Shown in pieces: positions 10,651-22,670 of a DNA stretch of 64,000 bases. The notes beneath the pieces were generated by a model. It searched no databases. It worked only from the letters and a program-made list of their open reading frames with translations, and was not told the origin of the DNA. The position numbers were made by a program, and so were the translations under genes. Numbering within the stretch: position 1 is the first letter of the stretch; the number at the start of each line of letters is the position of its first letter. The stretch comes from Octopus sinensis (lineage: Eukaryota), in assembly GCF_006345805.1 (NCBI RefSeq), contig NC_042997.1:129456001-129520000 (forward strand), read 5' to 3'.

Positions 10651-13184
10651 TTTTACCCCCTGATATTGTGTATAAAGAAGTGTTATCTAACGTGTTATTG
10701 TTTTTTTAGGATAATCATGTTATCCAGTGTGTCGAGACAATGCAGTGTGGTTCAATGGACAGTGACTGCTATTTCTAACAAGTTTGCGCGACGACGAATT
10801 GCGTGTTTGTCAGATGTTTTGTTTGTCGATGTAACTTGTATTTCGTAAACATATGCACCGCTAACGATTTTGGAGTAAGAAACAAAGTTGTGGCAAGACT
10901 TCCGCCCGTTCCGCCCCCCCCGCCCTTTTTGACTACGGGAATCTCTGCAGTGCAATTAATCCTGTGTCTTGTCAAAATGAATTATCATTATCGGTGTGAT
11001 AGAAAAGGCAGAACAACAGGCAAAGTGCATTGTGGTATCTAGTTAACAGGCTTTCACGTTCTGTGTTCAAATCCTGACGAAGTCGATTTCACTTTTTCAC
11101 TTCGATGTCAATTAAATAAATACCCGCAAGTACTGCAGTCAACGGTACCCTAACCGCCTCAAATATATGTCCATGTGCTGCTAGTAATCATTATTTGTTG
11201 CAAAGGTTGTGAAAGGTACTTAATCCTTTTTACACGAAGTTCAAATCCCGACGTCTTTGACTTTTCATACTTCTAGTGTCAATAAAATAAGACTCTTTGT
11301 CAGAAATTAATCATTTTATTGATATTATTTGAAGTTATTTCCACCAAGCTGTTGCACATAAAATGTCAGAACCATCAATGAATTATATTAGAGGCAGCAT
11401 CAGATATTTTGTGCAACAACCTAACAAGTAGGTGTGTCAGACATCTGGGTAGTAAAATAACATCCAACAGAATCAACAGGGTTTTAGTAATATTCTTTTT
11501 AATACTTAAGCTGTTCAAGTCGGCAAACTGGTTAGTCATTAGTGTGTCAGAGAAAATGTTTGGCAACATTTCTTTCGCTCTTTATATTCAATGTTCAAAG
11601 CTTGCTGTGATCATCTTTATCTTTCATAATTTCAGGGTTGATAAACTAAAGTACCAATCAAGTATAGGGGTTGAAATAATCGATTTTCCCCTTCCCTAAA
11701 ATTGCTTGCCTTGTGCAGTTACAGATTTATAGTGTTAAGAGGTTCCTTGTATATATTTCTACCTAATACACTCTTCTACCTGTACATAATTTTATCTGCA
11801 TATACATCTAACTTTTTTATTCTCCTTTTATGGGTTTCAGTCATTGGCCTGTAGCCATGCCAGAGCACCACCTGATTCAATCCTAGAGCTTTGTCTGGTG
11901 CTTATTTCTTCATTCTTCTAAGTTACAAATAGTCAGGGCATTTCTGTTTAAATGTACTGGTTTTTCTGATATAAACACACAAACACACACACACATGAAG
12001 GACTTCTCTGTAGACCTCATCTATAAAATTTCACACAAGAAGTGTACTCAAGACTATGATGGTGTGTGCTGGGATTGAACCCACAACTGTGTGGTTGCAA
12101 TGTGAACATTTTAATTATGCAAATATACTTACATTCTATATACTGTTAACTAAACATAATTAGCTACACACACTGCCATCTATACATATCTCCAAACAAA
12201 TTTACAGTAGAAATTGTTTAAAGTGAGTTAAGCGCGACAGAAGTGAATATGATAATGTCAATCTAGTTGATGTTTGGGTTCATTTAACATCTTGTAAGTC
12301 TCTTATTTTAGGAACAATAATCTAAGAACCAGTGATATATACCTTAGTTCATTGAATTGTACTCTGTCCTTACAAAATCTGGTTTTGTACTTTGTCACAA
12401 GAAACCGTTGCATAAGACTGATAATTATTGGTAGTGTCCCACTTTTTACACACACACACACACACCACACACACACACACACACACATACACACATGCAG
12501 TGTTTACTTTTCACACATTGATGGGATGGTCTACTAGATGGTTGATCTGCTTGATTTTTATACAATAATATACTTTATCTTTTTTCTCTTCATACTCGTA
12601 GGACCCTATCATTTGTTTCATTTACCTAAATATAAAATAGACAGTATTCTTATTTTCAATTGAGTTTGAAGGAGATATATTTTACAATGAACTGCAATAA
12701 TTGATAATCTAATAAAGTGCTTGTTTTTAATATCCAATCTCGTACTAAATAGATATATATATATATATATATATATCTGACAGATGATGCTGAAGCCACT
12801 ATTGCATTAGCCCTCAGTGTTATTCATGTAACAGTTTACAAATACTACAAACTACCTAAGATGCCATCTTCTATGTGCAATGATAATTTACTTACTTCAC
12901 AATTGGGTAGGAAAGATTGTTTCTCCCACTATGATTACTGTTATTGACAAAAGATAAGATAGTGGCAACCAAAACATTTTTGATTATAGATTTGTTTGGT
13001 CTCAGTGCTGACCTGTGGTTTAACAGCACATTCAACCACTATATATGCACTGATATACATGCACAGTAGTCACTTCTGACATGCACCAGTCAATATTTAC
13101 ATACATCAGTCACTCTATACATTTATAACATTAACTAGATACATAAAAGTTAGTGTATACAGAAATTTGCCAATGTTCTGCATC

Positions 13185-15335
13185 ATGAGGACCAGAGACT
13201 TGAAGGTTTCATATTGCAAGGCAGTGTGTGAGAGAAAATCGTGATGTCATAGGAGAGAAATGTGTCTGCATGAATAATGGCTCACTTGCGTTTAATGATG
13301 CTGCAAAGAGAGAGACTTGGAGATGCCACCATGAAAGGTTGCTAAATGAAGAGAATGAACGGGAGAGAGTCTGCCAAGTGTCAACCAAACAGAGGAACCA
13401 GCTATTCAGATTGACAGTACCTTGGTAGATAAAGCAATTAAGGGTATGAAGACAGGGAAAGCCCCTGGCCCACCAGGAATCACTGCTGAGATGCTCAAAA
13501 TATCTGGCGGTGTAGGCTATAGTCTAGTTAGCCGTATAGTCAACCAGGTGATACATGAAGGAGTCATACCCAATGACTAGTGTAGCAGCGCCATAGTCAA
13601 CTGCTACGAAGATGAAGGTGATGCATTAGATAGGAATAATTACAGAGGTATCGTTTTGTTGGATCAGGTAATGGAAGTCATGGAAAAGGTCAAAGCTGGA
13701 GAGTGAGTTAGTTTAGATGAGATGTAGTTTGGGTTTATGCCAGGGAGAAGCACCACTGATGCTATATTTCTGGTAAGACAGCTGCAGGAGAAATACCTAG
13801 CCAAAGATAAACCTTTATTCTTGGCTTTTCCTGACATGGAGAAAGCTTTTGACAGGGTCCCCCGATCCCTTATATGATAATCAATGTGGAAACTAGGGAT
13901 AGATGAGTGGTTGGTGAGAGCTGTACAAGCCATGTACAAGGATGCTGTCAGTAAGGTGAGGGTTTGCAATGAGTATAGTGAAGAATTCCGGGTAGAAGTA
14001 GGGTTCATTAAGGATCAGTCCTCAGCCTCCTCTTGTTCATCATACTCCTCCAGGCAATAACAAAGGAATTCAAGACTGGCTGCCCCTCGAAGCTCCTCTA
14101 TGTTGATGACCATGCTCTAATAGCTGAGTCACTACCATAACTAGAGATGAAGTTTCAGGTGTGGAAGCAAGGTCTAGAATCGAAGGGCCTTAAAAATCAA
14201 TCTAGCAAAGACCAAAGTCATAGTAAGTAGGAAGGCAGACAAATCACAAATCCCTTTAGGTAGATGGCCCTGCTTGGTCTGTAGATAAGGCAAAAGTAGA
14301 AACTCCATAAGATGTACCCAGTGTAAGCTATGGAGACATAGGAATGTTAACTGGGAAGATAGTTTTTGTGAGTGGTAGATGCACAGGGGCAATAAACACC
14401 AAAGATGTACAGAAAACAGATTCCATCTCATGCCAGGGGAAAAAACTACAAGTAGTTGATAGCTTCTATTACCTAGGTAGTGGGGGTTGATGCTCTGAGA
14501 ATGTAGCTGCTAGAATAAGAATAGCCTGGGCAAAGTTTAGAGAGCACCTACCTCTGTTGGTAACAAAAGGCCTCTTGCTCAGAGTGAATGGTAGACTGTA
14601 TATGCATGTGTGCAAACAGCCATGCTACATGGCAGTGAAACATGGGCTGTGATTGCTGAGGACATGCATAAGCTTGCAAGGAATGAAGCCAGTATACTCT
14701 GCTGGATGTGTAATATCAATGTGCATACAAGACAGAGTGTAAGCATCCTGAGAGAAATGTTGGACGTAAGAAGCATTAGATGTGGAGTGCAAGAGAGACA
14801 ACTGCGCTGGTATGGTCATGTGTTGCATATGGATGAGGACAGCTGTGTGAAGAAGTGTCACACCCTAACAGTGGAAGGAACCTGTGGAAGAGGTAGACAC
14901 AAGAAGACATGGAATGAGGTGGTAAAGCACAACCTTCGAATGTTGGGTCTCACAGAGGTAATGACAAGCAACCGAGACCTTTGGAGATATGCTGTGCTTG
15001 AGAAGACCCGGCAAGCCAAGTGAGATTGTAGCTGTGGCCCATGCCAGTGTTGCATAACTGGATCATTTAAAAGTACTCTTCAGTCATCAGGAAATATGCT
15101 GTGCTTGAGAAGACCTGTTGAGTCAAGTAAAATCACTGTCGTGGCCGATGCCAGTGCTGCCTGACTGGCTCCTGTGCTGGTGGCACATAAAAAGCACCCT
15201 TTGAGCATGGTTGATGCCAGTACCGCCTGACTGGCTCCCGTGCTGGTGGCACATAAAAAGCACCATTCATGTATGGTCAGTGCCAGTACCACTTGACTGG
15301 CCCTTGTGCTGGTGGCATGTGAAAAGCATCCACTA
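13185..15335 (+). mobile_element. Degraded RTE/BovB-like LINE (RT half and partial 3' UTR) in KDSR intron 1
   Basis: YLAKDKPLFLAF.DMEKAFDRVP, LLY.DD, YLG and AMLHGSETW motifs with many stops and frameshifts. Three roughly 66-bp 3' UTR repeats at 15161, 15227 and 15293. Confidence 0.9.
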
Positions 15336-16268
15336 CACCCATACATACTTGATAAGATCCTTTCTATAAAGTTAAATGAAGTTAGAAATATTTTAAATTT
15401 TCAACAAAAACAATGCATGTCCACAGATTTGATCTCCTTGAGATTGAATTCTACACAACCACCCACACAATTTAGTTCTTCATTCTGTCAATGATTCTGT
15501 TATATCTCACTAAATCTGAAACTAGATATTTCACGAAGCATTTCTCTATTTGTTTTGTTTCTTCAAGTCCAGTGTGGAATTCTCTGAAATGGCATTGTTG
15601 TGGGATCTGCCAATTCTGGAACAATAACTAGTGATAAAGATATAACTTGTTACAAAGTACTCCAGTTACTTTATTGGAAAAATACTTCCATGTTTTTATT
15701 TATTTATTTACTTTTATTGTGCTCACCAGAAAAATGAAGAGAATTGCAAACTGTTCATATCATTTACCGATTTTGTAGAATAAAATTTGTAAATCAATCA
15801 AAACAACATCAAACCATATTTTCTTCCCAGAAAGCTTAAAACTAATTAAAAATATATATTGTTAGTGATCAGAGTCTTAAATGTATGGCAAAAAACTGAC
15901 AACTAAAAATATTTATTCTTACTTTGCAATTAGTAAATGAATATGACAGAATAGCATGTTCTTAATAACTACAATGATTCTATCAAGATGCAGCTGCTAA
16001 TTAAAAATCAGTCTTTATTAAAGCTTCATGACGTTCATAAATATATTTTCTATGGTATATTGTTTTTACATTGATGTATGTCTTATTTCTGTACTAAAAT
16101 TTTCCATCAATCACTTTTTAAAACTCTTGATGTTGTCTCCACACAGAATTAACATTGCTATACTGACAACTTTATCAGACAACTTCTATTGCCATAATAT
16201 TTACAGTGAATTGACACTTCTATGTTAATCACTTCATTGGCTTTAATTATTAGCATAATGGTCTTTAA

Positions 16269-16489
16269 CCCTTTCATTACCGTATTTATTTTGAGATGTT
16301 CTGTGTTTCTTTCAATTACTTTAAATATAACAAATACTTTAGTAAAATAACTTTGTTATCATTAAGTTAGTGTTAGGAACATAAATTGTGACTAAGGTGT
16401 GGTGGGAGATTTTAATTCAAAACTTATGAAAACAAGACATTTGTACTACAGAGCCAGAGCTGGTTTCAGCTGGGTTGGTAATGAAAGGG
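16269..16489. mobile_element. piggyBac-type MITE
   Basis: TTAA at 16265-16268 and 16490-16493; TIRs CCCTTTCATTACC / GGTAATGAAAGGG. Confidence 0.88.
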
Positions 16490-16940
16490 TTAAGGTGACA
16501 AGCTGGATAAAATACTTAGTGTCTTTTCTTCCAACACTTTATGTTCTGAGTTCCAATGTTACCAAGATCAATTTTGCCTTTCATCCTTTTCAGGTTGATA
16601 AAATAAAGTACTAGTGAAGTAGTCTAGTACTTGGGTTGATGTAATTAACTAACTCCCATACCCTAAATTACTGGCCTTGAGCCAAAATTTGAACTCATTA
16701 TCAGTGTGGTCCGTACTCAAAATCAAGATGTGTAATCTTCCTTTAATGAAAGATGTTATCAAATATAGAAAACATGAAATTATGTGCTAAAGCCTAATTA
16801 GTCTCATACATTGGGCTGAAGCTAAAGTGTATGCAATAACTTCACTATAACTAACTCTCTCTGCATCTATTGTTTTCCTTCTCTATTGCATCACTCTTAT
16901 CTTATCAAAACAAATATTTCCCAGTATTTGGTTTTTTGTA

Positions 16941-17170
16941 GAGGCACGTGGCTTAGTGGTTAGGTTGTCAGCATCATGATCATAAGATTGTGGTTTAGAT
17001 TCCTGGACCAGGCGACGCGTTGTGTTCTTGAGCAAAACACTTCATTTCACATTGTTCCAGTCCACTCAGCTGGCAAAAATGAGTAACGCTGCAATGGACT
17101 GGCATCCTGTCCAGCTGGGGAACACATACACCATTGAAACCAGGCCCATGAGCCTTTAAAAGGGCACATT
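16941..17170 (+). mobile_element. tRNA-derived SINE with a CORE-like body
   Basis: A-box GTGGCTTAGTGGTTAG, B-box-like GGTTTAGATTCC, body GCGTTGTGTTCTTGAGCAAAACACTTCA. Confidence 0.7.
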
Positions 17171-17247
17171 TATTTTATTTTTTATTTGGTTTCTTATTGC
17201 TATTTCACATCTAATGACTTAAATCTTCATTTTTAAATTTTTTATAG

Positions 17248-17337
17248 GTGACTGGTGGATCAAGCGGTATTGGTAAATCTGTGGCACTTTATGTTGCTTC
17301 AAAAGGTGCAAATGTCACTTTATTAGCCCGCAATCAG
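17248..17337 (+). CDS. KDSR: KDSR exon 2 (VTGGSSGIGKSVALYVASKGANVTLLARNQ; Rossmann TGxxxGxG)
   Basis: tttatag acceptor, 90 nt, GTTTGT donor, SDR glycine-rich motif. Confidence 0.96.
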
Positions 17338-17529
17338 GTTTGTATCATTTCATCTGTTAACACTTGAAATCTTTTTCTGTTAGATTTTGTTGTTGCTTAA
17401 TCTCATGTCAGCCCTGATCCAAATGGTAGGATATAATTATGTGGGTATTTGGCTGTTATTTGTAGAAGATCAAGTAGCTGCATAGAAACTCCTTCATTAG
17501 CTTGTGTGTGTGTGTGTGTGTGTATATAT

Positions 17530-18060
17530 AATAATAATGAAATTATTGTGTATAGTGTATATGCACTGCAACTCATCAAAGGTGCATGTATAGTACAAAA
17601 GTCAGGAAAGTGAACAGTAAGATTCATGATATACATGTGTGCATGTGTATAGAGATAGGGATATCAGGTGTAGTGTTGGTGAATTTCAGGAAGCATGAAG
17701 GTTTTAAAGAATGCAATGTCTTAGCAACTAACAACTGATGCAGCTAGTTTGTTCCATGCTTCAGCAACTCTGAGTGTGAAAAAATGTTTCCGAAAGTCAT
17801 GGGTGCTGTGCTGTTTTCTGACTTTGTAGGAATGCCCACTTGTGTTAGACACATGGAGCTAAAAAAGGTGCTTAAGGTGGTTGTTGGCACAATGGTTAAT
17901 AATTTTGTGGGTGTTTACCAAGTCAGTTGCCAGACGTCAGAGCTTTAGTGTATCTATGCCCAAGGAAGCAAGGCATTCAGAGTATGGTAGCTGTCTGATG
18001 GAGGGTATTCGCTTGGTTACATGTCTCTGAACAGTTTCCAGAAGGTCAATGTCCTGAGCA
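17530..18060 (-). mobile_element. CR1/L2-like LINE 3' fragment in KDSR intron 2
   Basis: Reverse complement matches 25150-25645 (for example ataataatgaaattattgtg / cacaataatttcattattat); ELRRLATDL-like and WNKLP-like remnants. Confidence 0.75.
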
Positions 18061-18740
18061 AGTAAGGAATTCCAGACTGGTGATGCAAATTCCAAGTGTG
18101 TGTGTGCACGTGCACGTGTGTGTATATCCTCATCACCATTGCCATCATTTTAACATCCCCTTTTCCTGCTGCATGGGTTTGATGGAATATGTCCTCATAG
18201 CCAAGCATGTTTTTTTTATGAAAGATAGCAAATGAAGGACACTACATGTGTTATTGTGTCACTTCCTTCTAACTATTGTGAGATGTCAAGACAAGGAAAC
18301 ACAAGTACACACACACTCATGCACATACACGCATGCACATACACACATAGTGTATGCATGCATATTCTGCATCACTGCCACATGTTACTACTCATACTGC
18401 TGCCACATATTACCACCACATATTAACACCTCAAGTCATCAAATGAACTAGTAAACCTGCTTCTACTTGGTCAATTGACATACTAGCAATATCAACCAGA
18501 TCTCATTCAAATTGCACTCTATCATCTTGATAGAAAGGAGCACACTAGAAAACAGAGTCCTAGAAATGCAATATATGAGATAAAGATGTGGTGGTCATAC
18601 CTGGAACACCTTTAATTATAAGTCTGCTAGTCACGACTGATCTGGGGTTAAACAATAACTATACATCACAACTAAACCTTACCACAATACACAACTACTT
18701 CATGTTGCCAGACATTACCACTTCTATAAATCTATCACCA

Positions 18741-18962
18741 TCAAGGCAGCGAGCTGGCAGAAATATTAGCATGCTGGGAAAAATGCTTATCAGTATTTTG
18801 TCTGTCTTTACATTCTGAGTTCAAATTCCGCCGAGGTTGACTTTGCCTTTCATCCTTCCGGGGTCAATAAATTAAGTACCAGTTGCATACTGGGGGTCAA
18901 TCTAATTGACTGGACCCCTCCCCCAAAATTTCGGGACTTGTGCCTAGAGTGGGAAAGTATAT
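18741..18962 (+). mobile_element. tRNA-derived SINE (OK-like octopus family) with an 11-bp TSD
   Basis: Head GGCAGCGAGCTGGCAGAA, B-box GAGTTCAAATTCC, TSD ATCTATCACCA at 18730-18740 and 18963-18973. Other copies at about 20540-20710, 20760-21190, 23925-24070(-), 27000-27180(-), 50190-50410(-) and 58735-58930(-). Confidence 0.85.
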
Positions 18963-19171
18963 ATCTATCACCACCACTATATACTACCACAATACATCAC
19001 CACACACTACTGCAATACACATATAACTACTGCTATTGTATATTTAAACATTCATTTAGATGAGTACCTGCATGCTATATCACTACAACCACTACCACCA
19101 TCCCATCCCATCCCATATCATCTCATCTCATGCTATAAACATGATATATTAATTTCTGTTTTTCTCTCCAG

Positions 19172-19228
19172 GAAAGACTCCAAAATGTAGCAGATGAAGT
19201 ACAAAAATGTTTTATTGATGAACAACAG
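19172..19228 (+). CDS. KDSR: KDSR exon 3 (ERLQNVADEVQKCFIDEQQ)
   Basis: ttctctccag acceptor, 57 nt, GTAAGT donor, phase 0/0. Confidence 0.93.
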
Positions 19229-19762
19229 GTAAGTCTTATTAAATTTTCTTAAGCTTTCTTTTTTTCCACTATCTATATACACCATGCAGATATAATTTAT
19301 ATATACTTTGTGCCTTGAGGGTAAGCTCTCACCATCTCTTTTTCTTTCTATCTCTTTCCAGCTGAAGAAACTGGAATTTTCTTCAGCATGGCACTTATTC
19401 TTTTCCTTCTACCATACTTTCACATCCTTCAATACTGCTTTCCAATACAATACTGCTAAAACTCAAGAACTACCCAACTGATTTCATTCTAATTTTACAC
19501 ATGCCTTACTTAGAGTACATGTAGTGTCATGGGCCAAAAAATTTTCAGTTTCTTGCCTAATGCGAGCCTGGAGCAATCTCTTATCTCTTACACTATTTCA
19601 CTATTACGTGTCAAAAGTGAAACAACAACATCACTATCGTCATGTGAAATACTTGCAGTTTAATAGTTTTACTATTAATACTAAAATTTATATTTGTTCT
19701 TGGGTTGAAGATAGTTCTACATATCTGAATATATGGTGCTATTTTATATTTTTCTATTCCAG

Positions 19763-19828
19763 AAAGTAGTTACAGCCTCAGTTGACTTGTCCAAAAGTTA
19801 CCAAGATGTAGAAAATACCATGAAGAAG
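19763..19828 (+). CDS. KDSR: KDSR exon 4 (KVVTASVDLSKSYQDVENTMKK)
   Basis: tattccag acceptor, 66 nt, GTAAGT donor; SVDLS resembles human SVDVS. Confidence 0.94.
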
Positions 19829-20344
19829 GTAAGTCTTAAAGATTCTATCTTGTCTATTCTGGCATAGTTTCTGTGGCTAGATCCCCTTCCTAATATCAAC
19901 CATTTTAAAGGTTGTACTGGATGGTTTTTATATAAAACCAACACCAGCAGAGTCACCAAGTACGTGCAAGACAAAGATTTATTGACGGGGAGAGGGAGTG
20001 GTACTGCATCTCCCAGCTGAGGGGGTCCTTGTCCCTAAGTACTTGGATCTGAAAGCATCCTTATCTCTCATATAGATGATGTATTTAGTAGCTATCCTGT
20101 TCCTGGATTGCAAATATATCATAGCTGTCTAGGTAAAATGTACTGTAGTTACCATATGTCTTGGTAAGGCTTCTTGTCCTGTCAATGTTGAGTGTATGAA
20201 GACCAAAGGCTTAGCTATGTTGATCTGAATCAACCACACAATCACATAACTGAAACTCTAAACGTAGAAAACCAGTATGTTAAAACATGCATTTATTTCC
20301 TAATTTTCACAAACTTCTCTCCAAAATTGTTTTATTTTACAAAG

Positions 20345-20443
20345 GTTATTGAAGACCAAGGGAAAGAAGTTGACATTTTAGTCAATTGTGCTGGAACATC
20401 CATGAGTGCTGACTTTGAAAAAACCAGTATTGATGATTTTAAG
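20345..20443 (+). CDS. KDSR: KDSR exon 5 (VIEDQGKEVDILVNCAGTSMSADFEKTSIDDFK)
   Basis: ttttacaaag acceptor, 99 nt, GTAAAC donor; VDxLVNCAG SDR motif. Confidence 0.95.
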
Positions 20444-20830
20444 GTAAACAAACAGCTGTTGTTTCCGTTTAGTGTATAGTAAAGTATGTATGACAAAGTA
20501 AAGTATGTATGAGAAAGAGTTGTGTTAAGTGTTATTATTGCACACCAGGCAAAATGCATCCATCTGAATGTTCTGAATTTTCAAATTCTACTGAGGTCAA
20601 CTTTGCCTTTCATCCTTCCAGGGGTGATAAAATAAATACCAGTTCATCACTGAGGTTGATGTAATTGACTTACCGTCTCCCCAGAATTGCTGGCCTGGTG
20701 CCTATAATAGAAAAGATTATTATTATTATTAATTATTATTATTATTATTACTATTATTATTAAGGCAGCAAGCTAGCAGAATTGTTAGCATGCTGTGCAG
20801 AATGCTTAACAGCATTTCATCTGTCTTTAA

Positions 20831-21050
20831 CCCTTTCATTACTGTATTTATTTTGAGATGCTCTGGGTTTCTTTCAATTACTTTAAATATAACTAAGAAT
20901 TTAGTAAAATAACTTAGTTATCATTCAGCTAGTGTTAGAAACATAAATTGTGACTAAGGTTTGGTGGAAGATTTTAATTCAAAACTTATGAAAACAGGAC
21001 ATTTGTACTCAGAACCAGAGCTGGTTTCAGCCAGGTTGGTAACGAAAGGG
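20831..21050. mobile_element. piggyBac-type MITE, second copy, inserted inside a SINE
   Basis: TTAA at 20827-20830 and 21051-21054, same TIRs and interior as 16269-16489. Removing it restores the SINE body GTCTTTAAGTTCTGAG. Confidence 0.88.
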
Positions 21051-21391
21051 TTAAGTTCTGAGTTCAAATATGTTGGGGTTGACTTTGCTTTCCATCCTTC
21101 CGGGGTTGAGAAAATAAGTACCAGTTGAACACTGAGGTTGGTGTAATTAACTTACTCCCTCCCCTGAAACTGTTATTCTTGTGCCAAAACCTGAAACCAT
21201 TATTATTATTATTTATTTTTTATTATTTACATTATCGTGCTGGCATTTTGAAAAGAGCACTCAGCACATTTTGTAAAGTGGTTGGCATTAGGAAGGGCAT
21301 CCAACAGTAGAAATCAAGCTGAAGTAGATAATGGTGCTTCATGTCCTCCAACTCATTAGATCCTGTTAAACTGACGGTAGCTAGACATTAA

Positions 21392-21578
21392 ATGATGATG
21401 ATGATGATATTGATTGTGATGATAATGATGTTCGTAATGATCATGGTGATAATGATGGTAATGACAATGATGACGGTGGTGGCAGTGGCAGTGATAATAA
21501 TGACAACAACAATGATGATGTTCTTAGTGATGGTGATAATGATGATGTTCGTAGTGATGATGATGATGTTGTTGAAAT
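21392..21578 (+). repeat. Imperfect (ATG)n microsatellite in KDSR intron 5
   Basis: About 62 triplets of ATG/ATA/GTG, ending about 40 nt before the exon 6 acceptor. Confidence 0.92.
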
Positions 21579-21621
21579 GATCTTAGAAGAGAGTATTAAA
21601 TCTAAATTTCTTCTCTTTCAG

Positions 21622-21813
21622 TATATGATGGATGTCAATTATTTTGCCAGTGTTTATGCCACCAAATCTGTGATTGGTAGCATGAAAGCCAGGAAAGAAG
21701 GTTCCATTGTCTTTATATCATCCCAAGCTGGCCAGCTTAGTTTTTATGGTTACACAGCCTATTCTAGTTCCAAATTTGCATTAAAAGGGTTATCTGAAGC
21801 CTTACAGAGTGAA
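21622..21813 (+). CDS. KDSR: KDSR exon 6 (catalytic SSQAG and YSSSK motifs)
   Basis: ctctttcag acceptor, 192 nt, GTGAGT donor; encodes YMMDVNYF...IVFISSQAGQLSFYGYTAYSSSKFALKGLSEALQSE. Confidence 0.97.
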
Positions 21814-21950
21814 GTGAGTAAAATTGTTAGTCATTTTAAAGCAAGACAGATATTGAAATATCCTGCTATTTAATGCTATTAGTTTTGTCATGCTACAGCA
21901 TCTCTGTATAACATTTCTGTCTGAATTATCATCTGCTTTTCTTCCTTAAG

Positions 21951-22034
21951 CTGAAACCTTACAATGTTGGTATAACCCTTGCCTTCCCACCTGATACAGA
22001 CACACCAGGTTTTGCAGAAGAACAGAAGTCAAAA
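21951..22034 (+). CDS. KDSR: KDSR exon 7 ([28 protein letters not shown])
   Basis: cttccttaag acceptor, 84 nt, GTAAGT donor; KDSR signature [12 protein letters not shown]. Confidence 0.97.
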
Positions 22035-22096
22035 GTAAGTCCTTAACTTTTTTGTTTTTATAAAAAAATAGTTAAAAAGGGAGCAGTGCCCATTGC

Positions 22097-22430
22097 CTGG
22101 GTCAATTATAGACTACTGTCATTTATAAAATTTTTGAATCAATTATAGGCCATAACCATTTATAAACCTATGGGGTCAGTTATAGGTCTATGGTCACTTG
22201 TAGGCCTACAGTCATTTATAGACTCATTGGGGCTAATTATAGATCTACAGTTAATTTATAAACTCCAGGTGTCACTTATAGGCCTTTGATAATTTATTGA
22301 CTCATGAAGTAGTTATAAGCCTATGGCCATTTATAGGCCTATGGTTATTTATAGTTCTATTGTCTGTTATAGACCTATAGTCATTTATAGATCCATGGTT
22401 ATTCTTAACCTCATGGTCATTTATAGGCCC
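22097..22430. repeat. 18-bp minisatellite (consensus about GTCATTTATAGGCCTATG) in KDSR intron 7
   Basis: Consecutive 18-nt units such as ccatttataggcctatgg / ttatttatagttctattg / tctgttatagacctatag / tcatttatagatccatgg. Confidence 0.85.
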
Positions 22431-22569
22431 AGCCAGACTAATAAAATTTGTTAATGTCCAGTTTGAGTATCAGTTAGTCAATGTCTGTTGGAAAATATGG
22501 ATGAGGAAGTAATTCTAGTGGGTTTCAATTCTGAAGATGAAGGTTTGGTTGAAGTATTTCATGTGAAAT

Positions 22570-22670
22570 TTGTGGGGCACTGGACTATCATCTCTTCGGC
22601 CCTATGAAAGAGTGATGAGGAAGTGAAAACTGTAGTGAAGAAGTGGCTCAAAGAACAGTCAACAGAATTT
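22570..22670 (+). mobile_element. Mariner transposase C-terminal relic
   Basis: DYHLFGPMK / DEEVKTVVKKWLKEQSTEFY translation. Confidence 0.7.

Larger units (their letters stand above)
9500..11300. promoter_or_regulatory. CpG-retaining promoter/first-intron region of KDSR with a GC-box cluster
   Basis: CpG is common here, including inside SINE fragments, and rare in flanking gene bodies. Clustered CCGCCC at 10892-10924. Confidence 0.6.

Noticed and set aside
21392-21580. Poly-Met ORF in the ORF track
   Set aside because: It is a translation of the (ATG)n microsatellite in intron 5.
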